From: an uncultured Deinococcaceae bacterium
GTDB lineage: Bacteria; Deinococcota; Deinococci; Deinococcales; Deinococcaceae
Length of the DNA stretch: 64,000 bases
Assembly (NCBI GenBank): GCA_964252075.1
Contig: CAXULY010000001.1
Location: 337,237 to 401,236 of the forward strand
Reading direction: 5' to 3'
Shown here: one piece after another, positions 11,601-19,688 of the stretch
Position numbering within the stretch: position 1 is the first letter of the stretch
How the letters are laid out: every line of letters starts with the position of its first letter
Position numbers and translations under genes: made by a program
The notes under the pieces: model-generated
What the model was told of the DNA's origin: nothing
Databases searched by the model: none
The model's input: only the letters and a program-made list of their open reading frames with translations

Positions 11601-13131
11601 GGTGAAGGTGCCGGTCGTGCCGGGCATCGGCACCATCGCGCTGGGCGTCGCGAAGGCGGGCGCGGACATCATCACGCTCTCCGGCTTCGAGGGCGGCACG
11701 GGCGCCGCGCGCAGCCACGCGCTGAAGTACGCGGGCATGCCCGTGGAGTTCGGCGTGAAGCGCGCGCACCGGGCGCTCACCTCCGCCGGCATCCGCGACC
11801 GGGTGGAGCTGTGGGCGGACGGCGGCCTGAAGACGGCGCTGGACGTGGCGCGCATGGTGGCGCTCGGCGCGAACCGGGTGGGCTTCGGGACGCTCAGCAT
11901 GGTCGCCATCGGCTGCACCATCTGCCGCGGCTGTCAGCTGGACACCTGCCACGTGGGCATCACGACGCAGGTGGAGACGGAGGAGGAGGCGAAGGCGCAC
12001 GGTTTCAAGCGCTTCGTGCCGCGCGTGCTGCCCACCGAGGTGGACCGCCTGCACGCCTTCTACAGCGCGCTGGGCGACGAGCTGCGCAAGATCGTGGCGG
12101 GCGTGGGCCTCACGAGCCTGACGGACCTCGTGGGCCGCAGCGACCTGCTGACGGGCGAATCGCGGGACGTGGACCTGAGCGAGCTGCTCGCGCCCGTCGA
12201 GGAGCCCGAGGCGTGGAGCAAGATGGGCCGCCGCGTCATTCACCGCCCCATGAACTACATGACCAAGATGGTCAGCGAGTGGGTGGAGGACGCCGTGCTG
12301 GACGACTCCGAAGAGGAAGTCATCTACCGCGATGGCCCGGTGGCGAGCGCCGAGCGCGCCCTGGGTACGCACCTTGTGGGGCAGCTCACCCGCAGCCCCA
12401 AGGGCAAGCCGCGCCGCGTGAAGCTGCACTTCGAGGCGGGCAGCATCCCCGGCAACGGCCTGGGCGCCTTCAACCACGCGCCCGTGGAGATCATGGTGGA
12501 CGGCGGCGCGCAGGACGGCGTCGGGAAGTCCAGCCTGGGCGGCAGCATCACGGTCCTGAAGGGCCGCAACCACCAGGGCGAGCGGGTGGACGGCAGCGTC
12601 GGCAAGAGCTTCGCGTACGGCGCGATCGGCGGGCGCTTCCTGATTCAGGGGAACGCGGACAGCCGCTTCTGTGTGCGCCTCTCCGGCGCGGACGTGGTGC
12701 TGGGCGGCGAACTCCGCACGCCCGTCGAGGACCACCTGGGCGTGCTCGCCACCCGCGCGAACGCCAAGGGCTACGCTTTCGAGTACATGACCGCCGGGCG
12801 CGCCGTGGTGGTAGGTGACCCCGGCCCTTGGATCTGCTCCGGCATGTCGGGCGGCGTGGTGTACCTGCGCTGGTCCCCCAAGGACGGCCTGGACGACGAG
12901 GCGCTGCGCCGCCGCCTCGCGAAGGGCTCCAGCGTGGTCGTGCTGCCCCTGAACGCGCAGGGCGGCAGTGACGTGCGCGAACTGCTGGGCGCGTACCACA
13001 GCGCCCTCGTGAAGAGCGAGCAGCCCGCCGCCGCGCGCCGCATCGCGGAACTCCTCGTGGACCCCGCGCAGCACTTCCGCATGGTGGTGCCCGCCGCGCA
13101 GGCGATGGACCAGAACGTCGCCACCGAGTAA
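8629..13131 (+). CDS. gltB: Glutamate synthase large subunit
   Basis: DACG Ntn cysteine, HNRYSTNT, AHNGEINT, SAMSFGS, QGAKPGEGGHLPGKKV, 3Fe-4S motif CTICRGCQLDTC, C-terminal GXGXG domain; AGGAGG SD. Confidence 0.95.
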   Translation: MTRRPRPTVLQSLYRQAERARLEPQFPGNFDEIGHDACGIIAQIRKTGEASHGNVIRTLQALTQMAHRSGEVRGEGDGCGIQTDVPKLLWKRYLTEAGQNPDLVDTADFFVGHFFYPQGQNVRELQDSLRVLGPRFGVQVLVERQGQVYSRALGPIARLTEPQFVQVAGRVTGETARERNTKLFELGLELEASQPVHVVSLATSTVVYKVRGSAEILPRYYPELNLPDYMSVCTIGHNRYSTNTLSTFEQVQPFTMLAHNGEINTIERLRREGTHLNIPLTGGSDSQDLNRVMAGYIFDRGLSLLEAVESVFPPVVSEVKAFSSTLQNAYVGLRAGGGPLAQGPAAIIARQGNECVFSVDALGLRPLWFGETEKEFFWSSERGVIPLGQMVRDPAPFAPGEKMVACLGGGGPIKLHYNENVQRLVLERVHGKGYNFEEAWKRIEGPHVPALNGEGAPAFSKAARAAFGWDRWDEEYIKAVAEKGAEPIASLGFDGPMAALRPEKPNLAEFFKETVAVVTNPAIDREREIEHFSTRVILGRRPLPGSSDGHSVELLTPLLAVSQAVAEEYKTLTVASLKAEFQVAELVPSLKPGESVLAALARLKADAAQAVLEGAEVLLLDDTALYANGEAALDILLAMGGLNRHLTETRRESDSVSLRRLTSVVVRSAQVRNLHDLMLLVGFGADALEPAAAFALHPAAEAKIVSGLTKGVEKVMSTMGIHELRGYGQVFSALGLAQDLLDEVGARGFWGEAQGYGLAGLEKTLKARLEKCAANGEAMDRDQRFNPRVFKAAFSLANGEISGEDYSARIRALEQEMPLSARQLLEFRAPEAPSSVDPEDVDIAVNGHSLPFVISAMSFGSQGETAFRSYVEAAKKLNIMAMNGEGGEIPAMMGHYTHWRGQQVASGRFGVSSVMLNSAHVIEIKVGQGAKPGEGGHLPGKKVSAKVAAARHAVQGVDLISPSNNHDVYSIEDLAQLIEELKTIAPQAKIAVKVPVVPGIGTIALGVAKAGADIITLSGFEGGTGAARSHALKYAGMPVEFGVKRAHRALTSAGIRDRVELWADGGLKTALDVARMVALGANRVGFGTLSMVAIGCTICRGCQLDTCHVGITTQVETEEEAKAHGFKRFVPRVLPTEVDRLHAFYSALGDELRKIVAGVGLTSLTDLVGRSDLLTGESRDVDLSELLAPVEEPEAWSKMGRRVIHRPMNYMTKMVSEWVEDAVLDDSEEEVIYRDGPVASAERALGTHLVGQLTRSPKGKPRRVKLHFEAGSIPGNGLGAFNHAPVEIMVDGGAQDGVGKSSLGGSITVLKGRNHQGERVDGSVGKSFAYGAIGGRFLIQGNADSRFCVRLSGADVVLGGELRTPVEDHLGVLATRANAKGYAFEYMTAGRAVVVGDPGPWICSGMSGGVVYLRWSPKDGLDDEALRRRLAKGSSVVVLPLNAQGGSDVRELLGAYHSALVKSEQPAAARRIAELLVDPAQHFRMVVPAAQAMDQNVATE

Positions 13132-13144
13132 GCCAAGGCAGGTG

Positions 13145-13181
13145 AAGCGACGCCCCCAGTGGTGGGGGCGTCGCTTTTGTT
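13145..13181 (+). terminator. Intrinsic terminator of gltB
   Basis: AAGCGACGCCCCCA-gtgg-TGGGGGCGTCGCTT followed by TTGTT. Confidence 0.8.
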
Positions 13182-13218
13182 CTATCGCGGGGAGGGCCGC
13201 GCGCCGTAGCCTGCACCC

Positions 13219-13566
13219 ATGCGACTCAACCACCTGAACATCGGCGTGCCGGACCTCGACGAGGCCAGCACCTTCCTCATCACGCACTTCGGGCTGCGCG
13301 AGGTGCACCGCCAGAAGGACTTCATCGCGATCCTGCTGGACGACGCGGGCTTCGTGCTGGCCGTCAGCCGCGACCCCGAACCGAAGTACCCGAAGCTCTT
13401 CCACATCGGTTTCCTGCAGGACAGCCGCGCGGAGGTGGACGCCCTGTTCGGGCACTTCAAGGAGTTGGGCCTCGTGAAGGGTGAGGGGCCGCGCCCCGTG
13501 CACGGCAGTTACGGCTTCTACTTCACCGCGCTCGGCAACGTGATGTTCGAGGTCGGCGCCCTGTGA
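13219..13566 (+). CDS. VOC/glyoxalase family protein
   Basis: MRLNHLNIGVPD, FHIGF, YGFYF...GNVMFEV; TAGCCT 6 nt before ATG. Confidence 0.85.
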   Translation: MRLNHLNIGVPDLDEASTFLITHFGLREVHRQKDFIAILLDDAGFVLAVSRDPEPKYPKLFHIGFLQDSRAEVDALFGHFKELGLVKGEGPRPVHGSYGFYFTALGNVMFEVGAL

Positions 13567-13611
13567 AAGAGGGCGGCGAGGACACCGCCTCGCCGCCCCT
13601 TCCCACACCCT

Positions 13612-14808
<1,197 letters not shown>

Positions 14809-14831
14809 GACTCACAGGGTAGCGGAAGCAC

Positions 14832-14866
14832 AAAAAAGGGAGTGGAAGGAAAACCCCTCCACTCCC
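14832..14866 (-). terminator. Intrinsic terminator of the pilin operon
   Basis: GGGAGTGGA...TCCACTCCC stem with an A6 run on the plus strand (U6 on the minus-strand transcript). Confidence 0.75.
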
Positions 14867-14881
14867 CACGAATCACGGCCT

Positions 14882-15748
14882 TCAGTCAGCGGCGAACTTC
14901 TGGTTGCGCCCCACCACGTCCGTGGACAGGGTGCTTCCCGCGCCGCCCACCACATACGTGTTGCCCCGGTACACGCGCGTGAAGATGGGATTCACGTTCA
15001 CCTGCTGAACATCCGGGTTGGGCGGCGCATTTCCCGTCACCAGGTCCGTCACGGTAAACGGGGTGACGTTCGGCGTGAGGTAATCCGCGAGCAGGTTGCT
15101 GCGCGCGGAGAACAGCGTCCCCGTCAGGCCAGTGAAGAAGTTTGCGTTGCACTGCAGGATCTGCCCAGTGGTGATGGGCGGCGGATCGCCCGCCGGGACA
15201 CAACCGGTCAGATTCGGGGGAATCACGCCATCGCTGACGAACGCGTCGTACTGCATCAGCACCCAGGCGTTCGGGTTCTGGCTGTCGGCCAGCAGCCGGT
15301 TCGCGAATGCACCAGCGGTACCCGAAACGTAATTGCTGCGCATCACGGGGTAATACGCGTAGAAGTGATAGCAGCCGTCCGTCACGAGGGGCGACGTCGT
15401 GCAGTTCGCCCCCGGGCTCGTGGGCGGATCGAGCACCGCGACAAAGTTCGTGCCTACCGTGAAGGTGTTGCTGCCTCCTACTGGGTTGGCCGTCTGCCAC
15501 ACCGCCCCCGTAGAAGGCAGAGACAGGCTCGTGCCACTTGGGTAGACGTACCACGCCTCCTGAATCCGGGACACCATCAGGTTCTGCGCGATCTGCGCGT
15601 CACTCAGGATGTCGTTGCGCACGTCCAACTGACGGGTCACGGTCAAGGTGTTGCCGAACAGGAAGGTGAAACCCGCCATCAGGATGCCCAGGATGGCCAG
15701 CGACACCAGCATCTCCACCAGCGTGAACCCCATGCTGCGGCGCGTCAC
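14882..15748 (-). CDS. Type IV minor pilin (PilW/PulJ-like)
   Basis: Class III signal MTRRSMG|FTLVEMLVSLAILG; GTGA overlap with the upstream stop. Confidence 0.88.
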   Translation of the reverse strand: MTRRSMGFTLVEMLVSLAILGILMAGFTFLFGNTLTVTRQLDVRNDILSDAQIAQNLMVSRIQEAWYVYPSGTSLSLPSTGAVWQTANPVGGSNTFTVGTNFVAVLDPPTSPGANCTTSPLVTDGCYHFYAYYPVMRSNYVSGTAGAFANRLLADSQNPNAWVLMQYDAFVSDGVIPPNLTGCVPAGDPPPITTGQILQCNANFFTGLTGTLFSARSNLLADYLTPNVTPFTVTDLVTGNAPPNPDVQQVNVNPIFTRVYRGNTYVVGGAGSTLSTDVVGRNQKFAAD

Positions 15749-16212
15749 GGCGTCCTCGCGATGTCCACACTCAGGCGACTGACGTTCTGACCGGTGTACG
15801 CCACCACGAGGCGCTTCACGGGCACGGTGGTCGACGCGGACGGGCAACTCGCACTCACGGTGATGGGCGAGAAGGAACCCACACTGTCGGTGGAGGAAGC
15901 GTTCGTGGCGGTGTAAGCGGGCGTCACATCCGCCACCGTCACGCTCACATTGCCCGGAATGGATACGCTGGACGTTGACACGCAATTCCCCGCGAACTTC
16001 GACTGGTCCTGCGTCCACTGCGCGCGAATGCCCTCCATCACCTTCCGGGTCTGCGTGCTGGCGCTGGCGGAATCACGCGCGGACGAGGACGCCCGGATGG
16101 AGTTCACCACAGGCGACACCATGAACGCCGTGAGCAGGCCCAGAATGACCATCGCCACCAGCACCTCCACGATGGTCATGCCCGCAGCGCTTTTAAGACG
16201 CGCCTTACTCAT
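15745..16212 (-). CDS. Type IV minor pilin (PilV/PulI-like)
   Basis: MSKARLKSAAG|MTIVEVLVAMVILG; two Cys. Confidence 0.88.
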   Translation of the reverse strand: MSKARLKSAAGMTIVEVLVAMVILGLLTAFMVSPVVNSIRASSSARDSASASTQTRKVMEGIRAQWTQDQSKFAGNCVSTSSVSIPGNVSVTVADVTPAYTATNASSTDSVGSFSPITVSASCPSASTTVPVKRLVVAYTGQNVSRLSVDIARTP

Positions 16213-16654
16213 CGAAAATCACCACTTTTCCCGTGAGGCCAATCACGCCCACCACGCCGGACACGCTGGAGTTCGTGGTGGAACGCACCCGGAAGGCCGT
16301 TCCGGTCTGCTGCACCTCACCGTAAGGCGCGAGGTACGTCACGGCCGTGGGTGACCCGCTGACCGCCGAGGTGGACACCGCGGTCGGCCACGTATAAGTC
16401 CGCGTCACGCCTCCTCGGGTGAGGGTGTAGTCGCTCGCGTTCAGGGTGAACGTCACGTTGGTGTTGTACCGCTGCGCTTCCGAACGAGCACGGTTGAGCG
16501 TGGCGGCAATCTCACTCTCACCCTGCCGCACTGCCGTCCTTCGGTTCAGACCGAAGAAGAAAAACGAGCCCATGGCGAACACGATGGCGAGGATCGCCAG
16601 CACGATAAGGGTTTCGAGCAACGTGAAGCCTGCGGTTCTTGTCAAGCGCGTCAT
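16205..16654 (-). CDS. Type IV minor pilin (FimT/GspH-like)
   Basis: MTRLTRTAG|FTLLETLIVLAILA; LNRARSEA; C-terminal GLTGKV. Confidence 0.9.
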   Translation of the reverse strand: MTRLTRTAGFTLLETLIVLAILAIVFAMGSFFFFGLNRRTAVRQGESEIAATLNRARSEAQRYNTNVTFTLNASDYTLTRGGVTRTYTWPTAVSTSAVSGSPTAVTYLAPYGEVQQTGTAFRVRSTTNSSVSGVVGVIGLTGKVVIFDE

Positions 16655-16655
16655 G

Positions 16656-19352
16656 TCAGTTTCCTGGCACCACGCGAATGAAGCTGCGGTTGGTCTGGAA
16701 GTTGTTCTGCGCCGTGAAGTTGCCGGCCGTGAAGGTCGGGAAGGCGGGGGGCGTCAGGCCGTCACCAGTTCGGCCGTCGTACTGGTAGTTGCCGATGTAC
16801 CCCGGTTGTGAGGTCGCCGCGGGCCTGCCGGTGAATTTGCAGTTGATGGCGCCAAGTCTGTTCTGAATCACGCTGCCAGTAATGTTGAGGTTGCCCTTGC
16901 TGACGTCGTTGGTGTTTGTATCACAGGCCTGGTAATTAGCGACAGAGCCGTTCTGAGCCATGATCACTGCATTGACGTTGAAGTCATCGTACTGATGTGT
17001 CGTCTTATTGTTGGAGTTAAAGTAGACGTTGGAACCACCATAAATGCCGAGCATGTTTGTAGGTTTAGGCTGGTTATCTGGCAAGTCAATAGGATTCTCC
17101 GCGTAAGTGATGTCGTGCTTAATCCATACATTACTTCCTGCAGCAACGGAGAGCTGAGAATACTTAGCAATCTCAGGAAGATTTCTTGTCGCTTTCTGTG
17201 GAGTGGTTGGGTTCGCACGGTCCGCTTGATCGGAGGCGCTATCCAAGTTCAAATCACCAGAGCTATAGATTACACCATTAAAGTTCGCAGCACTTAGAGA
17301 AAAGGCATTATTGTCAAGTGAGCCGAATGGGTTCGTGCCCAATACGTTCACAGATTTATCTGCTGCGACAGTGAATTCTAATGTCCGATTGGCTGTTTGA
17401 CGGCTATATGCATACACGTAACGCTCGTTGCTCTGAGCGCATCCGTTGGGTACCGTCCACCTTTCGCCAGCTGCAAATGCATTATTGCCTGCCGTCAATA
17501 CCTGCTGGAGGACTCCCAATAAAGTTGAATGTGATCTCACAGGAAGTGATGCATCGCGTGGCTGTTGTGTTGTGCGAGGAGCAAACGCACCGGGATCACC
17601 TGGAGGGTTTGGCGTCGGCGTTGGCGTGGGTGTTGGCGAAGGCCCAGGGGTCGGTGCGACATAACAGTAGGAGGAGTACGAAAGGGAATAGCCAGTAATC
17701 TGAGCAACAACAATCCTAACATGCTGCAATTGATTTGCCGTACCAGGATTATCCACTGAAAGATAGACAGAAGGCGTCCCCGTATAAAGATTAATGGAAT
17801 CTCGACGAGTCTGATCCAATGAAGGGACGGTCAAATCCGAAGGCCGAACGTTAAGCGTAATATTACCAGTGCTACCCGCATTGCTGTATTTAGAGGTGTC
17901 AAAGAAAAGTCCACCACTATCAGCTTGGCTCTGAAAACCAGCTGTTCCATCTGAGGGTAGCGGGATCGGTGCATGGTTCCAGTCCACTTTGCGGGCCTTG
18001 CTGGCATCTGACGCTCCGTTGGGGCACTGATTCAGCCCGTAATACTCACGGCTCACGGTGCCACACAACTGGTTACCTTCGTCGTCTTGGTAAACGGTGT
18101 CAAGCTTCAAAGTGGGGTCGAAGGCAGTGGATTGCCCGGAAGTGGCGACGGCCTTGTAATTGCCCATGCCGTCCAGGTAGTAGCCCTGCCGGGGCGTACC
18201 ACTCCACCTATTTCCGCTGCTGCGTTGTACACACCCTGAACTGATGGAAGCTCCAGAAGTCGGAGTTCCTGTGACCTGCGTGCCATTCGCGTAGAAAGTA
18301 GCGGCGCCGTCATCGCATCCTGCGCTGCCCACCTCGCCCGCAAATGTGATGCCTTGAGGCGCATTGCTTTCGAAAACAAAGTTGCCGTTCGTGTAGATGG
18401 GTCCGTTCACCTTAAAGCCGTTGCGGAACTTCACAACGCTTGTGGTGTCATTTCGGGTGCCATTTAAGTAATGGGAGTTGTAGAAGAACGCGAAACGTGC
18501 GAAGCTCGGCGGCTGCAACGACGTGCTCATAAGCGAGCTGCGCGTCAGGATGCGATTCGCAACGGATGAGCCATCTGTCGCCTGCACCAACCCGGTGGAT
18601 TCAACGCCTGCACTGGTGTCAGTCGGCTTGCCCATCAGGAAAACGTACTTGCCTTCCTGCTTCAGGAGGCTGACGGGCGCCAGTGTGATTGCTGTAACGA
18701 AGGCGTCCTTGTAGCCGTTGGTGGTGCTGCTCTGGGTGTTGGCGCTTCCTCGCGCGAGGTTCGCCCACATCCGCTGCTCGGCTGCAAGGTTCGGCGTGGT
18801 CCCAGAAACAGCGCGGTTGTCAATGGATTGCACGAGCGGAGCGACACCAGTGGCCCCGAACGGAATATAGCCCCCGTTGCTGGAATCCATGAAAATCTGC
18901 ATGCGGTTCGTGGCGATGCTGGCGTCAGTATCAGCCGCGTTAATCGGAAGGGCCTGCGCGCAGATGGTGAAGTTCGGGTTGCTGCCATGGGCGATGAGGC
19001 TGGCAGCGAAGGCTGGGTACAGGGGCGCTCCAGCAGGTGGTGTGGCTGGACTGCCGTAGCAGTAGCGGTACATGTCCTGGAACAGGGCGTCCTGCGCCGC
19101 AAGGTAGTTCCCACCAGCGCCGAGGTCCACCGTGACGTTATTGAGCAGGTTGGCAACGGCGACCAGTTTCTGATCGGCCTGATTCAGGCCGGATTCCGCG
19201 GAGAACTGCGCGCGGACGGCGACCGTCTGGTTGCTGCTGGTCTGGCGGTTGCTGATGGAGAGCGTGGTGGTGATGGCGACGATGGCGATGAACAGCACCA
19301 ATGCCAGCACCAGGGTGACCACGAGGGCGATGCCGTCGGTGCGGCGCTTCAT
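16656..19352 (-). CDS. Large PilX/ComZ-like pilus tip protein (DUF4900-like), 898 aa
   Basis: MKRRTDG|IALVVTL pilin N-terminus lacking Glu5; AQFSAESG; PSFARFAFF, GPIYTNG, NMLGIY, AVIMA, YQYDGR...GLTPPAFP. Confidence 0.8.
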   Translation of the reverse strand: MKRRTDGIALVVTLVLALVLFIAIVAITTTLSISNRQTSSNQTVAVRAQFSAESGLNQADQKLVAVANLLNNVTVDLGAGGNYLAAQDALFQDMYRYCYGSPATPPAGAPLYPAFAASLIAHGSNPNFTICAQALPINAADTDASIATNRMQIFMDSSNGGYIPFGATGVAPLVQSIDNRAVSGTTPNLAAEQRMWANLARGSANTQSSTTNGYKDAFVTAITLAPVSLLKQEGKYVFLMGKPTDTSAGVESTGLVQATDGSSVANRILTRSSLMSTSLQPPSFARFAFFYNSHYLNGTRNDTTSVVKFRNGFKVNGPIYTNGNFVFESNAPQGITFAGEVGSAGCDDGAATFYANGTQVTGTPTSGASISSGCVQRSSGNRWSGTPRQGYYLDGMGNYKAVATSGQSTAFDPTLKLDTVYQDDEGNQLCGTVSREYYGLNQCPNGASDASKARKVDWNHAPIPLPSDGTAGFQSQADSGGLFFDTSKYSNAGSTGNITLNVRPSDLTVPSLDQTRRDSINLYTGTPSVYLSVDNPGTANQLQHVRIVVAQITGYSLSYSSYCYVAPTPGPSPTPTPTPTPNPPGDPGAFAPRTTQQPRDASLPVRSHSTLLGVLQQVLTAGNNAFAAGERWTVPNGCAQSNERYVYAYSRQTANRTLEFTVAADKSVNVLGTNPFGSLDNNAFSLSAANFNGVIYSSGDLNLDSASDQADRANPTTPQKATRNLPEIAKYSQLSVAAGSNVWIKHDITYAENPIDLPDNQPKPTNMLGIYGGSNVYFNSNNKTTHQYDDFNVNAVIMAQNGSVANYQACDTNTNDVSKGNLNITGSVIQNRLGAINCKFTGRPAATSQPGYIGNYQYDGRTGDGLTPPAFPTFTAGNFTAQNNFQTNRSFIRVVPGN

Positions 19353-19471
19353 CTTGACCGTCCGAGGTGCAGGGTGGTGCTCGTGGCGGTCCAGGCAAGC
19401 AGCGCCATCAGGACGGCCGCTCCGAGACCCACGGTGAGGGCGAGCAGGATGACGATCAGGTGCAACCACAT
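19349..19471 (-). CDS. Unannotated 40-aa hydrophobic microprotein MWLHLIVILLALTVGLGAAVLMALLAWTATSTTLHLGRSR
   Basis: AAGGAG SD 8 nt upstream; one long hydrophobic helix; TGA overlaps the pilX-like ATG (ATGA). Confidence 0.65.
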   Translation of the reverse strand: MWLHLIVILLALTVGLGAAVLMALLAWTATSTTLHLGRSR

Positions 19472-19595
19472 CACTAAGACTCCTTCCGCTGTGCAGATGA
19501 GGGGAGAATGCACTTTTCGTGGTGTAGTTTTCGGCAGTGCTTCATCTCTCTCAACTTTAGGGAGGGGGTAGAGAGGTTGCGCCCCCGAAGTAGGG

Positions 19596-19615
19596 GGGTT
19601 TTTCGTGAAAAACCC
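19596..19615. promoter_or_regulatory. Palindrome upstream of the pilin operon (candidate operator)
   Basis: GGGTTTTTC-gt-GAAAAACCC; a candidate -10 TAAAGT lies at 19559-19554 on the minus strand. Confidence 0.4.
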
Positions 19616-19648
19616 TTCAGCGCACCAATATGAAGCAACAGTGAAGAG

Positions 19649-19672
19649 AGGCGGGGCTCACGCCCCGCCTCC
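19649..19672 (-). terminator. Hairpin after carboxynorspermidine synthase
   Basis: AGGCGGGGC-tcac-GCCCCGCCT with a CTCTT tail on the minus strand. Confidence 0.6.
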
Positions 19673-19688
19673 CCTTCCCTAAGTGCAT

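Noticed and set aside
8485..13608. Very long antisense ORFs (769 aa, 895 aa) opposite gltB, and similar shadows opposite U32, malG, GH13 and others
   Set aside because: Expected stop-codon depletion on the antisense strand of high-GC3 genes; no motifs or translation signals.
17608..17660. Short tandem repeats as a CRISPR array or contingency locus
   Set aside because: Degenerate codons of an in-frame Pro-Thr linker; no repeat-spacer structure.
19353..19469. 39-aa N-terminal extension of the PilX-like ORF in the ORF track
   Set aside because: The prepilin motif places the start at 19352, and the region is better explained by the 40-aa ORF in another frame.
14809..19688. Pilin cassette as a mobile element or DGR target
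   Set aside because: No integrase, transposase, reverse transcriptase, flanking direct repeats or template repeat seen in the window.
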